Source: a virus
Lineage: Duplodnaviria; Heunggongvirae; Uroviricota; Caudoviricetes
Virus record (IMG/VR): IMGVR_UViG_2541047802_000007
Length of the DNA: 64,000 bases
Strand: one strand, 5' to 3'
This document shows positions 31,437 to 41,711 of this stretch, in pieces (position 1 is the stretch's first letter; every line of letters starts with the position of its first letter). Both the position numbers and the translations under genes were made by a program. Under the pieces are notes generated by a model, which was not told the DNA's origin, did no database searches, and worked only from the letters and a program-made list of their open reading frames with translations.

Positions 31437-32846
31437 ATGTCTTTTCTTGATATAAAAAAAATGAGTAAAGAGAGGTTTAATGCTTTTGTTGATTGGACCA
31501 GAATGCCAAATACTGAACTTTTAGGCTATGAGTTTGAGTGGTACTGTAGTCCGAGAGAGTTCCTGCTAGGGGCACTATTATTGGATCAAATCGATGAAGA
31601 TTATAGCGGTATTGTTTTAGCAAGAGACTTAAGTGGGAGATATAGATGTATTGACCTATTTACTAGTGTTTCAGAAATGAATTCTGCACGAGCAAAACTA
31701 AAGAAATTAATGCGGAAGCATACTAAATTAAACGTAAAAGTATTTCCACAAGGTGATGAAACTTATAAAGCAATGGATTTATTCACACCTATAGTTACAC
31801 CAGATAAACTTCATCATCATTTTTCATTATTTGGTAAATATGCGAACTGGTCGCCTGCAACAGGGATAATCAAGGAAATGATGAATCATTTTGAGGATGT
31901 CGACGGGAATTTTATAGAGCAGTTTCAGACAACAGGTTTTGATGCCCGGCTATGGGAGTTATATCTTTTCGCATATTTACGAGAGGAACACTTTTGGCTA
32001 GATAGGCAGTTTAATGCCCCTGATTATGTGGCACGTAAGTATGGTAATACTATTTGCATTGAAGCTGTAACGGTTAATCCAACAGGGAATGATATTAATC
32101 AATCATCTGAAATGCTATCTGAACCTAAAAGTAAGGAAGAATTGCTAGAGAAAATAGAGAATTATATGCCGATTAAATTTGGAAGTTCTCTCTATTCTAA
32201 ACTGAAAAAGAAAACTCGATACTGGGATCTAGAACATGTTAAGGGGAATCCTTTAATTTTCGCAATTGCTGATTTTCATGAACCAAACTCTATGATTTGG
32301 TCCCATAGTGCACTTTGGCAGTATCTTTATGGTATTCGCTATGAGCATGTTAAATCTGAAGATGGATGTTACAGTTTAGCAACTAAGAAAATTATATCGC
32401 ATCAATTTGAGAAAAAGGAAATTCCTTCAGGCTTTTTCTTCTTGGATGAGTCTGAAAATATTTCGGCCGTCCTTAGTTCTAATAGTGGTACTATATCGAA
32501 GTTTAATCGGATGGGAAAACTGGCTGGTTTTGGAAGAAGTGACCTTAGATTATTTAGGAGTGGTTACTGCCATGATCATGACCCAGAGGCATTATATCCA
32601 GCAGCATTTAGTTTTGAAGTGAAAGAAGGCGATATTACAGAAACATGGGCAGAAGGTTTAAATATGTATCATAATCCTAATGCTAAATATCCTGTAGATC
32701 CTGATTTATTTCCTTCAATAGCACATCATTTTCTTGAAAATGGAGAGGTTAAAAGTATAGTGCCTGACTTTCATCCGTATACATCTATTACCATAAATGT
32801 CTTAACTCAAAATAATAAAAAACAAAAAATCAGAGTAGATGAGTAA
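31437..32846 (+). CDS. AT-rich cargo protein of unknown function, 469 aa
   Basis: Long ORF in low-GC island between cos-like site and portal gene; no recognisable motif. Confidence 0.6.
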   Translation: MSFLDIKKMSKERFNAFVDWTRMPNTELLGYEFEWYCSPREFLLGALLLDQIDEDYSGIVLARDLSGRYRCIDLFTSVSEMNSARAKLKKLMRKHTKLNVKVFPQGDETYKAMDLFTPIVTPDKLHHHFSLFGKYANWSPATGIIKEMMNHFEDVDGNFIEQFQTTGFDARLWELYLFAYLREEHFWLDRQFNAPDYVARKYGNTICIEAVTVNPTGNDINQSSEMLSEPKSKEELLEKIENYMPIKFGSSLYSKLKKKTRYWDLEHVKGNPLIFAIADFHEPNSMIWSHSALWQYLYGIRYEHVKSEDGCYSLATKKIISHQFEKKEIPSGFFFLDESENISAVLSSNSGTISKFNRMGKLAGFGRSDLRLFRSGYCHDHDPEALYPAAFSFEVKEGDITETWAEGLNMYHNPNAKYPVDPDLFPSIAHHFLENGEVKSIVPDFHPYTSITINVLTQNNKKQKIRVDE

Positions 32847-32865
32847 TTAATTAGGTTTATTCTTG

Positions 32866-32892
32866 TTAACCACCTCATAGAGGTGGTTATTA
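32866..32892. terminator. Bidirectional terminator hairpin between convergent genes
   Basis: aaccacctc-ata-gaggtggtt. Confidence 0.5.
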
Positions 32893-32893
32893 A

Positions 32894-33931
32894 TTAGTCT
32901 AGGGATAGTTGATATTCTTTGAATGTAATAATATTATTTTTTAGCCATAAATTTAATTCTTCGAAACGTTTTTGCAAAGGTATTAATTCATTACGAACAA
33001 ATACCCGACTTGCCTTCTCCACATCCCCAAACCCCCCAACATTATTCGGCAAAATTCCCATCATCTGAGGCGGTACGCGGTGTGCAGCCATCATGTCGTC
33101 CCGGCTCACGTTCTTGATGTTCAGAAATTCATCTTTCGCTGCGACTTCTGACAACGGGATGATCTGAAGCCCGTCCTTTTTGCCGTTAGGCGAGTACATA
33201 AACAGGTTGCGGAAGTTGCCAGGGCCTTTGGCGCTTTTCATCGCGTTGCGGAGGTTGTTCACATCTTCCTGGTTCTGCGCGGCGTCGGTCATATACATGA
33301 TGAAGCCTGCATGACTGCCGTTAATGTAATACTTGCGGCGGAACAGCGTGGCAGACTCGTTGAGCAGGGCGGATGGAATAGCAGAAAGATAACCGGGCAG
33401 GCCGTAGATCTCCTGGTTGATGTCCGGTTCCATCAGATGAAAGATGCTGCCTTTCGTGAACTGATATGGCTGCGTGGTCATACCGTATTGCACAAACCAG
33501 TAGGTATCCAGGTCTAACCCGCGTCGGGTGTATTTTGCCAAGGCAGGTTCAAGGGCGATAACTTCACCGAAGCGGTTCGTGCGTTTCTCCAGGTAGGCGT
33601 TACCAAATACCAGATAGTCCTGCACAAAACGCGAAAAAGCCTGCTGGCTGAGCAGCGGGTGAGGGATGTAGGTGCTGGTCAGAATGTTGCACTTTACTGC
33701 AATCGGGGAACTATGATGAACGGCAGCGCGGAAGGTGCGCGCCAGTCCGTCAAAGCTGACGGGCGGCTCATACCAGCGGTCCATCTGTACGCATTCCACA
33801 TAATCCAGCAGTTCTCGGCGGTCCAGAACAGGAACGGGATCGCCGAAGCTGAATGCTTCGGCTGTAGTTTGACTTTTAAGCTGGATCTGTTTCGTCGCCG
33901 CAGCGCGGTTCTTCTTACTCTTTCCCATCAA
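32894..33931 (-). CDS. Q: Portal protein (gpQ-like)
   Basis: 345 aa; P2 order Q-P opposite O-N-M-L. Confidence 0.8.
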   Translation of the reverse strand: MMGKSKKNRAAATKQIQLKSQTTAEAFSFGDPVPVLDRRELLDYVECVQMDRWYEPPVSFDGLARTFRAAVHHSSPIAVKCNILTSTYIPHPLLSQQAFSRFVQDYLVFGNAYLEKRTNRFGEVIALEPALAKYTRRGLDLDTYWFVQYGMTTQPYQFTKGSIFHLMEPDINQEIYGLPGYLSAIPSALLNESATLFRRKYYINGSHAGFIMYMTDAAQNQEDVNNLRNAMKSAKGPGNFRNLFMYSPNGKKDGLQIIPLSEVAAKDEFLNIKNVSRDDMMAAHRVPPQMMGILPNNVGGFGDVEKASRVFVRNELIPLQKRFEELNLWLKNNIITFKEYQLSLD

Positions 33932-35694
33932 AAAATCTCCACAATATTGCTGGTATTGGCGGATTCGCCCTGCAGCGGTTCGTTAAACAGTGCGTGCATC
34001 GTTGCCCAGGCCAGATCGGCGTGGCTGGCTTCTTCGCTGCGGCTGGCTTCATAGGTCGGGCGGTTGCCACTGGCGGTGGTGGCGCGGCGGATTGCCATAA
34101 AGGACTGCGCTATGTCGGTGTGTCCGGCGTCAAACTCCAGACGGCGGTGGCTGATAATGTCGTAGGCCTTGAGTACCAGGGCGTTTTTAACGTTGGGGTT
34201 GTAGACAAACTCCCGGACGGCAGGAAAAAACGCTTTCACGTTCTCGTAAACCCCGTGACCAACGCCGGTTGAGTCGATACCGATATAGGTCACGTTGTAC
34301 TGTTCGGTCAGTTTTTTGATGGCGTCAGCCTGGGCGCGGAAGTCCATTCCGCGCCACTGGTGACGCTCAAGAATGCGGAACTTACCGCCCGGCACGGCTG
34401 GCGGCGCCACCACCACGCATCCGGCGCTGTCGCCGTTCTGCGTACCTTTCGCCGGGTCATATCCGATCCACACTTCGCGCCAGCCAAACGGGCGCAGGGC
34501 CAGTGCATGAAAGTCGGTCCAGACTTCCCAACTGTCCACCATGCACGCCTGCAGCTCGCTGAGTGGGAACACAGACGCGAGATCGTCCACGAACTCACAC
34601 ATCAGCAGGTTCTGGTATTCGTCCGGGCTGTACTCCATGCGCAACTGGTCGAGGTCGAACAGGTTACAGCCGCCGCGCACCGCATCTTCCACAGTGACTA
34701 TCTGGCGGTACTGCCCGTCTGCGCACAGCAGGCCGGGGGCCAGATTGCTGTGGGACAGGTCGATGTCCACCTTATCGGCTTTGTTGCGCCCTCGGTTGAA
34801 CAGCGCACCGGACCAGAACGGATAAGCACTGTGTGTCAGGCTGGATGGCGTGGAAAAATAGGTTTGTCGCCATTTTTTGTGAATAGCCATACCGGAAGCC
34901 ACTTTGCGCAGCTCCTGGAATTTCGGTATCCAGAAATATTCATCCAGATACAGGTTGCCGTGGTAACTCTGGGCCGTGCGGGCATTGGTGCCGAGGAAGT
35001 ACAGCGTGGCCCCGTTAGGAAGCACCATCGGATCGCCTTTCAGCTCCACCTCCACTTCTTTGGCGAAGTCGATGATGTACTGCTTAAAGACGTGGGCCTG
35101 AGCCTTGCTGGCGGAAAGGAAAATCTGGTTACGCCCGGTTAGCAGGGCGTCAATCAGGGCTTCACGGGCAAAATAGAAGGTCGCGCCGATCTGGCGTGAC
35201 TTCAGCAGGTTGCGGATGCGGTTGGTTTTTCCGGCTTCCCACCAGTGGCGCTGGTAGTTGAACATGGAGGAATGGAAGATTTCTTCCAGCTTCTCAATCT
35301 GTTCATCGGTGAAAACGTTCTTTTCCGGCTGACGGCGCGGGCCTTTGTTGCGGTTGGCGACGTTAGGGTTTAAGTCGGCTTCGTTGCCGCCATTGTTAAA
35401 CTTGCCGATCCGCGCATGGCGCTCCGACTGGCGCGCCAGCAGGTCAATCTCTTTGAAATCTTTCCCTTCTTTGTGCTCCTTCATAATGAGCTGGCAGTAG
35501 CGTGCGGCGGTGGTGAGCTGCATCTGATCCAGCGGCCCATAGTCACCCCACTTGTCGCGTTTTTTCCAGCTGTGAACGGTTGCAACTTTCTCGCCCAGCA
35601 TTTCAGCAATGCGGGCTACGCGGTATCCCTGAAAGTACAGCAGCATGGCCTGCCGACGGGGATCGAGATCTGCGGGTGTCAGTGTGGTGTTCAT
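33928..35694 (-). CDS. P: Terminase large (ATPase) subunit (gpP-like)
   Basis: 588 aa; overlaps Q start. Confidence 0.85.
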   Translation of the reverse strand: MNTTLTPADLDPRRQAMLLYFQGYRVARIAEMLGEKVATVHSWKKRDKWGDYGPLDQMQLTTAARYCQLIMKEHKEGKDFKEIDLLARQSERHARIGKFNNGGNEADLNPNVANRNKGPRRQPEKNVFTDEQIEKLEEIFHSSMFNYQRHWWEAGKTNRIRNLLKSRQIGATFYFAREALIDALLTGRNQIFLSASKAQAHVFKQYIIDFAKEVEVELKGDPMVLPNGATLYFLGTNARTAQSYHGNLYLDEYFWIPKFQELRKVASGMAIHKKWRQTYFSTPSSLTHSAYPFWSGALFNRGRNKADKVDIDLSHSNLAPGLLCADGQYRQIVTVEDAVRGGCNLFDLDQLRMEYSPDEYQNLLMCEFVDDLASVFPLSELQACMVDSWEVWTDFHALALRPFGWREVWIGYDPAKGTQNGDSAGCVVVAPPAVPGGKFRILERHQWRGMDFRAQADAIKKLTEQYNVTYIGIDSTGVGHGVYENVKAFFPAVREFVYNPNVKNALVLKAYDIISHRRLEFDAGHTDIAQSFMAIRRATTASGNRPTYEASRSEEASHADLAWATMHALFNEPLQGESANTSNIVEIF

Positions 35695-35836
35695 GGCACA
35701 AACCTACAGCCTTGAATGAAGGCTTTCCCCGCCTGCGGTTTGTGTGGTTGTCGGTACAAATACCGCGCATTGTTTCACTGCCCCCATCACCGCAACCATA
35801 AGGCTCCAGTAAGTTTTTTCTAACGGAGCACGGCTC

Positions 35837-36670
35837 ATGACAGTGAAAGCAAAGCGTTTTCGCATCGGGGTGGAAGGTGCCACCACCGACGGACGCGAAA
35901 TCCAGCGTGAATGGCTGGAACAGATGGCAGCCAGCTACAACCCGGCGGTGTATACCGCGCTGATTAACCTTGAGCACATCAAGTCTTATCTGCCGGACAG
36001 CACCTTTAACCGCTACGGCAAGGTGACGGCGCTGTTTGCTGAAGAAATCACGGAAGGTCCGCTGGCAGGCAAGATGGCGCTGTATGCCGACGTTGAGCCA
36101 ACGGAGTCCCTGGTGGAACTGGTGAAAAAAGGCCAGAAATTATTCACCTCTATGGAAGTCAGCCCGAAGTTCGCTGATACGGGCAAAGCCTATCTGGTCG
36201 GCCTGGCTGCCACTGATGACCCTGCCAGTCTGGGTACGGAAATGCTGACATTCAGCGCCAGTGCAGCCCATAACCTGCTGGCAAACCGCAAGCAGAATCC
36301 TGCCAATCTCTTTACCGCTGCAGAGGAAACGGTGATCGAACTGGAAGAAATCCAGGACGACAAACCGTCCCTGTTTGCCCGCGTCACGGCGCTGTTTACC
36401 AAAAAAGAGCAGTCCGATGACGCCCGGTTCTCTGATGTGCATAAGGCCGTGGAGCTGGTCGCCACTGAGCAGCAGAACCTGAGCGCACGCACCGAAAAAT
36501 CCCTGTCTGAGCAGGAAGAACGCCTGTCTGAGCTGGAGACTGCCCTGCAGGCACAGCAAACCGCCTTTAACGAACTGGTGGACAAGCTGAGTCATGAAGA
36601 CAGTCGCCAGGACTACCGCCAGCGTGCAACAGGCGGTAACGCCCCCGCTGACACTCTGACCAATTGCTGA
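35837..36670 (+). CDS. O: Capsid scaffolding protein (gpO-like)
   Basis: 277 aa, divergent from P. Confidence 0.75.
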   Translation: MTVKAKRFRIGVEGATTDGREIQREWLEQMAASYNPAVYTALINLEHIKSYLPDSTFNRYGKVTALFAEEITEGPLAGKMALYADVEPTESLVELVKKGQKLFTSMEVSPKFADTGKAYLVGLAATDDPASLGTEMLTFSASAAHNLLANRKQNPANLFTAAEETVIELEEIQDDKPSLFARVTALFTKKEQSDDARFSDVHKAVELVATEQQNLSARTEKSLSEQEERLSELETALQAQQTAFNELVDKLSHEDSRQDYRQRATGGNAPADTLTNC

Positions 36671-36686
36671 TGGAGCACAAAACCCG

Positions 36687-37745
36687 ATGAAGAAGAATAC
36701 CCGCTTTGCTTTTAACGCTTACCTGCAGCAGCTGGCGCGTCTGAACGGTGTGGCAGTTGAAGAACTGTCCAGCAAGTTCACCGTGGAGCCGTCTGTGCAG
36801 CAGACGCTGGAAGACCAGATCCAGCAGTCCGCCGCTTTCCTGACGCTGATTAACGTCACGCCAGTGACTGAGCAGTCCGGTCAGCTGCTGGGGCTGGGAG
36901 TTGGCAGCACCATTGCCGGAACCACTGACACCACCGCGAAAGAGCGTGAACCTGTCGATCCGACGCTGATGGTCGATGTGGAATATAAATGCGAGCAGAC
37001 CAACTTTGACACGGTGCTGACCTACGCGAAGCTGGACCTGTGGGCGAAGTTTCAGGATTTCCAGGTGCGCATCCGTGACGCCATCGTGAAACGTCAGGCT
37101 CTGGACCGCATCATGATCGGCTTTAACGGCGTGAAGCGTGCGAAAACCTCCAACCGTAGCGAAAACCCGCTGCTGCAGGATGTGAACAAAGGCTGGCTGC
37201 AGAAAATCCGTGAAGATGCACCGGATCACGTCATGGGCAGCACCACCACGGGCGGTGAAACCACACCGGGTGCGGTGAAAGTCGGGAAAGGTGGCGAATA
37301 TGCCAACCTGGACGCCGTGGTGATGGATGCCGTCAATGAGCTTATCGATGTGGTCTACCAGGACGATGACGATCTGGTGGTGATTTGCGGTCGTGAACTG
37401 CTGTCTGACAAGTATTTCCCGCTGGTCAACAAAGAGCAGGAAAACAGTGAAAAACTGGCTGCTGATATGATCATCAGTCAGAAACGCATGGGTGGCCTGC
37501 AGGCCGTGCGTGCGCCGTTCTTCCCGCCGAATGCACTGCTGATCACCCGTCTGGATAACCTGTCCATCTACTGGCAGGAAGACACCCGCCGCCGCTCAGT
37601 TATCGACAACCCGAAACGTGACCGGATTGAAAACTTTGAATCCGTTAACGAAGCCTATGTGGTTGAGGACTACCGCTGCGCCGCACTGGTGGAAAACATC
37701 CAGATTGGCGACTTCAGCGCCGCAGCAGCAGAAACCGGAGCGTAA
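36687..37745 (+). CDS. N: Major capsid protein (gpN-like)
   Basis: 352 aa after scaffold. Confidence 0.8.
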   Translation: MKKNTRFAFNAYLQQLARLNGVAVEELSSKFTVEPSVQQTLEDQIQQSAAFLTLINVTPVTEQSGQLLGLGVGSTIAGTTDTTAKEREPVDPTLMVDVEYKCEQTNFDTVLTYAKLDLWAKFQDFQVRIRDAIVKRQALDRIMIGFNGVKRAKTSNRSENPLLQDVNKGWLQKIREDAPDHVMGSTTTGGETTPGAVKVGKGGEYANLDAVVMDAVNELIDVVYQDDDDLVVICGRELLSDKYFPLVNKEQENSEKLAADMIISQKRMGGLQAVRAPFFPPNALLITRLDNLSIYWQEDTRRRSVIDNPKRDRIENFESVNEAYVVEDYRCAALVENIQIGDFSAAAAETGA

Positions 37746-37748
37746 TTC

Positions 37749-38399
37749 ATGAGCCTGAGTCCCGCACGGCAGCATCGCCTGCGCGTTCAGGCTGAACAGG
37801 CCGCCCGCGAGGGCGGCAGCGTTCGCCACGCGTCGGGCTATGACCTGATGCTGCTGCAACTGGCGGAAGACCGCCGCCGTCTCAAGGGCGTTCAGTCCAC
37901 GGTCAAAAAAGCGGAAATCAAGGTGGAGCTGCTGCCGAAGTACGCCGCCTGGGCGGAGGGTGTCCTGGCTGCCGGAGGCGCTCAACAGGATGACGTGCTG
38001 ATGTACGTGATGCTGTGGCGCATTGATGCCGGAGATTATGCCGGGGCGCTGGAGATCGGGCGTCACGCCCTGCGTCATGGCTGGGTGATGCCGTTAGGTA
38101 ACCGCAACGTGCAGACCGTGCTGGCAGAGGAAATGGCAGATGCAGCCCAGAGCGCAATGCTTGCCGCCACCGGCTTTGATACCGATCTGTTGCTGAAGAC
38201 CCTGGAGCTGACAGACGGTATGGATATGCCGGACCAGTCACGGGCGCGTCTGCATAAAGCGATTGGCGCTGTCCTGAGTGAAAGAAATCCGGCGTCTGCC
38301 CTTAATCATCTCAACCATGCGTTACAGCTCGATCCCCGCTGTGGCGTGAAAAAAGACAAACAGCAGCTAGAGCGCAGACTGCGCAATGACAGCCGCTGA
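37749..38399 (+). CDS. M: Terminase small/endonuclease subunit (gpM-like)
   Basis: 216 aa, position after N. Confidence 0.7.
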   Translation: MSLSPARQHRLRVQAEQAAREGGSVRHASGYDLMLLQLAEDRRRLKGVQSTVKKAEIKVELLPKYAAWAEGVLAAGGAQQDDVLMYVMLWRIDAGDYAGALEIGRHALRHGWVMPLGNRNVQTVLAEEMADAAQSAMLAATGFDTDLLLKTLELTDGMDMPDQSRARLHKAIGAVLSERNPASALNHLNHALQLDPRCGVKKDKQQLERRLRNDSR

Positions 38400-38494
38400 C
38401 AGAACGTGCCCCCGCGCACGGGCGGCACGGGGTGGCGAAAGGCACTGCCACATCAAAACCCCGTCCACCGCCCTCTATTTCAGGAGAAAGCAGC

Positions 38495-38959
38495 ATGAAG
38501 TTTGTTGCGCCAGAACAGGCACCGGAACAGGCGGAAATCATCAGGAATACGCCGTTCTGGCCTGATGTGGACCTGTCGGAGTTTCGCAGTGTGATGCGCA
38601 CTGACGGCACGGTGACGCAGCCGCGTTTAAAACAGGTTGCCCTGTCGGCAATTTCGGAGGTCAACGCAGAGCTGTATGAGTTTCGCAGACGCCAGCAGAT
38701 GCTGGGGTATGCCTCGCTGGCAGAAGTCCCGGCGGAACAACTGGACGGCAAAAGCGAGCGCATTCAGCACTATTTCAACGCGGTTTACTGCTGGGCACGC
38801 GCCATGCTCAACGAACGTTACCAGGACTATGACGCCACGGCATCCGGTGCGAAGCGAGGCGAGGAACTGGCGGAAGCAAGCGGTGATTTATGGCGTGACG
38901 CCCGCTGGGCCATCAGCCGGGTGCAGGATGCGCCGCACTGCACAGTGGAGCTTATCTGA
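38495..38959 (+). CDS. L: Head completion protein (gpL-like)
   Basis: caggagaaag RBS then ATG at 38495. Confidence 0.7.
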   Translation: MKFVAPEQAPEQAEIIRNTPFWPDVDLSEFRSVMRTDGTVTQPRLKQVALSAISEVNAELYEFRRRQQMLGYASLAEVPAEQLDGKSERIQHYFNAVYCWARAMLNERYQDYDATASGAKRGEELAEASGDLWRDARWAISRVQDAPHCTVELI

Positions 38960-39162
38960 TGAAAGTGCGTGCGCATCAGTATGACACGGTGGACGCACTT
39001 TGCTGGCGTCATTACGGGCGCACGCAGGGTGTCACGGAGCAGGTACTGAAGGCAAATCCGGGGCTTGCCGAATACGGCCCCTTTTTACCTCACGGGCTGC
39101 AGGTGGAGCTGCCGGACATTCCGACCACCACCACCGTGCAGACCGTCCAGCTATGGGACTGA
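38959..39162 (+). CDS. X: Tail protein X-like
   Basis: 67 aa, ATGA overlap with L. Confidence 0.6.
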   Translation: MKVRAHQYDTVDALCWRHYGRTQGVTEQVLKANPGLAEYGPFLPHGLQVELPDIPTTTTVQTVQLWD

Positions 39163-39165
39163 ATT

Positions 39166-39381
39166 ATGACGCTTGAGCGAATCAGCGCCTTTATCACGTA
39201 TTGCATCGCCGTCGTGCTGGCCTGGCTGGGCGATTTGTCCATCAAGGATGCCTCAACGCTGGGCGGCCTGATGATCGGTGTGCTGATGCTGGCTATCAAC
39301 TGGTACTACAAACACAAAGCCTACCAGCTTCTGCGCGACGGGCAGATCTCGCGGGAGGACTATGAATCCATCAATCGTTAA
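39166..39381 (+). CDS. Holin
   Basis: 71 aa, hydrophobic segments, charged C-terminus, precedes lysozyme. Confidence 0.65.
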   Translation: MTLERISAFITYCIAVVLAWLGDLSIKDASTLGGLMIGVLMLAINWYYKHKAYQLLRDGQISREDYESINR

Positions 39382-39874
39382 ACGCTGCCTTGTCGGGGCC
39401 GTGCTGGCTATTGCTGCCACGCTGCCGGGGTTTCAGCAGCTTCACACCTCCGAGGAGGGACTGAAACTGATCGCTGATTATGAAGGCTGTCGTCTGCAGC
39501 CGTATCAGTGCAGCGCGGGTGTCTGGACCGACGGCATTGGTAATACGTCGGGCGTCATTCCCGGCAAAATTATTACGGAACGACAGGCAGCTGAAGGGCT
39601 GATCTCCAACGTGCTACGAGTGGAGCGGGCGTTGGAAAGGTGTGTGAAGCAACAGCCGCCGCAGAAGGTGTATGACGCTACGGTGTCGTTTGCCTTCAAC
39701 GTGGGGACGGGCAATGCCTGTAGTTCCACGCTGGTGAAATTGCTCAATCAGCGGCGCTGGGCGGATGCATGCCGACAGTTGCCGCGCTGGGTTTATGTGA
39801 AAGGTGTTTTTAATCAGGGGCTGGATAACCGCCGTGCGCGGGAGATGGCCTGGTGTTTACAGGGAGCAAACTGA
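39362..39874 (+). CDS. Endolysin (lysozyme-like), possible signal-anchor
   Basis: 170 aa; hydrophobic N-terminus; EG...DG...GIG lysozyme-like pattern. Confidence 0.7.
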   Translation: MNPSIVKRCLVGAVLAIAATLPGFQQLHTSEEGLKLIADYEGCRLQPYQCSAGVWTDGIGNTSGVIPGKIITERQAAEGLISNVLRVERALERCVKQQPPQKVYDATVSFAFNVGTGNACSSTLVKLLNQRRWADACRQLPRWVYVKGVFNQGLDNRRAREMAWCLQGAN

Positions 39875-39875
39875 A

Positions 39876-40253
39876 ATGAAAAAGAAATTAATCAGCGGAC
39901 TGTTTCTGATGTTATGGATGGCGCTGTTAATCGCAGCAATGGTGTATCCGCAGGGGATTTTTCCGGTACTGGCAGCGTCCGGCGTTTGGGTAGCCTGTTT
40001 GCTGACATGGGCGGTAATTCCGGTAGCACTGGCTGCGTTAATTAAGAATGGCCCGCTCTGGCAGGAGTTAAGGGCATCTTTGCTGAAGACAATTACTCGA
40101 AAAGAAAACGTATTTACCAGTTGGGTGATGCGATTGCTGATTGTTGTAAGTCTCGCCTGGACGGGGTGGGCTATTACCCTGGTCTTTTATCTACTGACCG
40201 TTATTGCCTTCTGGATCACCCGTAATCAGATGGCGCAACAGGTAGCAGCATGA
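39876..40253 (+). CDS. LysA-like membrane protein
   Basis: MKKKLISGLFLMLWMALLIAAMV... multiple hydrophobic helices. Confidence 0.5.
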   Translation: MKKKLISGLFLMLWMALLIAAMVYPQGIFPVLAASGVWVACLLTWAVIPVALAALIKNGPLWQELRASLLKTITRKENVFTSWVMRLLIVVSLAWTGWAITLVFYLLTVIAFWITRNQMAQQVAA

Positions 40254-40678
40254 ACCGGTTGCTGCTGGTTGTGCTGACGTTATTACTGGCGGCGCTGGGC
40301 TGGCAGACGTGGCGGCTGGCTGATGCCAGCCAGACCATCAGCACGCAGGCAGACGAGCTGCAGAGCAAAAGCCAGGCACTGGCAAAGAGCAATAGCCAGC
40401 TTATCAGCCTGTCCATTCTGACTGAAACCAATAACCGGGAGCAGGCGCGGCTCTATGCCGAAGCAGAACAGACCAGCACGCTGCTGAGACAACGACAACA
40501 CCGGATCGAGGAACTGAAACGTGAGAACGAGGATTTACGCCGCTGGGCTGATACTCCTTTGCCTGCTGACATTATCCGGCTGCGGAAACGTCCGGCACTC
40601 ACCGGAGGTATGGCTTACCGTCAGTGGTTGTCCGCGAGTGACGCCGTGTCGGCTGGATCAGGCAACGCCGCGCACTAA
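40250..40678 (+). CDS. LysB-like inner-membrane spanin
   Basis: N-terminal TM helix then coiled-coil-like region. Confidence 0.55.
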   Translation: MNRLLLVVLTLLLAALGWQTWRLADASQTISTQADELQSKSQALAKSNSQLISLSILTETNNREQARLYAEAEQTSTLLRQRQHRIEELKRENEDLRRWADTPLPADIIRLRKRPALTGGMAYRQWLSASDAVSAGSGNAAH

Positions 40679-40811
40679 CGGTGATCTGAACGCGTTGCTG
40701 GATGAAACGGAGGCCGCCTGGGCGGTCTGTGCAGACAAAGTGGACATGATTATTGCGTGTCAGGAGCGAAACAGTGAACAAACCACAATCCCTGCGCCAC
40801 GCCCTCAATAA
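40521..40811 (+). CDS. LysC-like outer-membrane lipoprotein spanin, overlapping LysB in another frame
   Basis: Lipobox LLTLSGCG. Confidence 0.5.
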   Translation: MRTRIYAAGLILLCLLTLSGCGNVRHSPEVWLTVSGCPRVTPCRLDQATPRTNGDLNALLDETEAAWAVCADKVDMIIACQERNSEQTTIPAPRPQ

Positions 40812-41205
40812 AGCGGTGCCTTATGTCCGCAATAACCCGGACAAACTGCATCTGTTTGTGGATAACGGTTCGCTGGTTGCCACGGGGGCCAGCTCCATGT
40901 CGTGGGAGTACCGTTACACACTGAACGCGGTGATTGAGGATTTCAGCGGCGACCAGAATCTGCTGATGGCCCCGGTTTTGCTGTGGCTGAGGGATAACCA
41001 GCCCGATGCCATCAATAACCCGGCGTTACGGGAAAAGCTATTCACCTTTGAGGTGGATATTCTGCGCAACGATGTCTGTGATATCAGCCTGAACCTGCAA
41101 CTGACGGAACGTGTGCTGGTCAGCACTGACGGCAGTGTGTCGAGCGTTGAAGCTATAGCGGAACCTGATGCACCTGAAGAAATGTGGACGGTGAAATGTG
41201 GCTGA
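40774..41205 (+). CDS. R: Tail completion protein (gpR-like)
   Basis: caggag RBS then GTG; position before S. Confidence 0.6.
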   Translation: MNKPQSLRHALNKAVPYVRNNPDKLHLFVDNGSLVATGASSMSWEYRYTLNAVIEDFSGDQNLLMAPVLLWLRDNQPDAINNPALREKLFTFEVDILRNDVCDISLNLQLTERVLVSTDGSVSSVEAIAEPDAPEEMWTVKCG

Positions 41206-41656
41206 ACTGCAGAAGGTGGACGACTGGCTGAGTGCCTTGCTGGCGAATCTGGAACCAGCCTCGAGAAGCCGCATGATGCGCCAGCTGGCGCAGGAACTTC
41301 GCCGGACACAGCAGCAGAATATCAGGATGCAGCGCAACCCTGACGGCAGCAGCTATGAACCGCGACGGGTAACAGCACGCAGTAAAAAAGGCCGTATCAA
41401 ACGTCAGATGTTTGCAAAGCTGCGCACCACAAAATACCTGAAAACTGCCGCCAGCGCCGACTCTGCCAGCGTGCAGTTTGAAGGTAAGGTACAGCGCATT
41501 GCCCGTGTTCACCATTACGGTCTGCGTGATCGCGTCAGTCGCAAAGGACCGGACGTACGGTATGCAGAGCGGCGTTTGTTGGGTATTAACAATGATATTG
41601 AGAACAACGTTAAGAATGTTTTTTATCAATGGTTAATTAATAACAATAAGCCGTAA
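41198..41656 (+). CDS. S: Tail completion protein (gpS-like)
   Basis: 152 aa. Confidence 0.65.
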   Translation: MAELQKVDDWLSALLANLEPASRSRMMRQLAQELRRTQQQNIRMQRNPDGSSYEPRRVTARSKKGRIKRQMFAKLRTTKYLKTAASADSASVQFEGKVQRIARVHHYGLRDRVSRKGPDVRYAERRLLGINNDIENNVKNVFYQWLINNNKP

Positions 41657-41682
41657 AAATTTTAGATTAAAAATAAGTTATG

Positions 41683-41709
41683 AACGGGTGGCCTAGGAGG
41701 CCACCCGTT
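41683..41709. terminator. Bidirectional terminator hairpin between S and convergent cargo gene
   Basis: aacgggtggcc-tagga-ggccacccgtt. Confidence 0.6.
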
Positions 41710-41711
41710 AT

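Noticed and set aside
34360-35142. 260-aa ORF on plus strand
   Set aside because: Lies entirely antisense within the terminase large subunit gene; GC-rich antisense frame artefact.
36567-37229. 220-aa ORF on minus strand
   Set aside because: Antisense within the major capsid gene.
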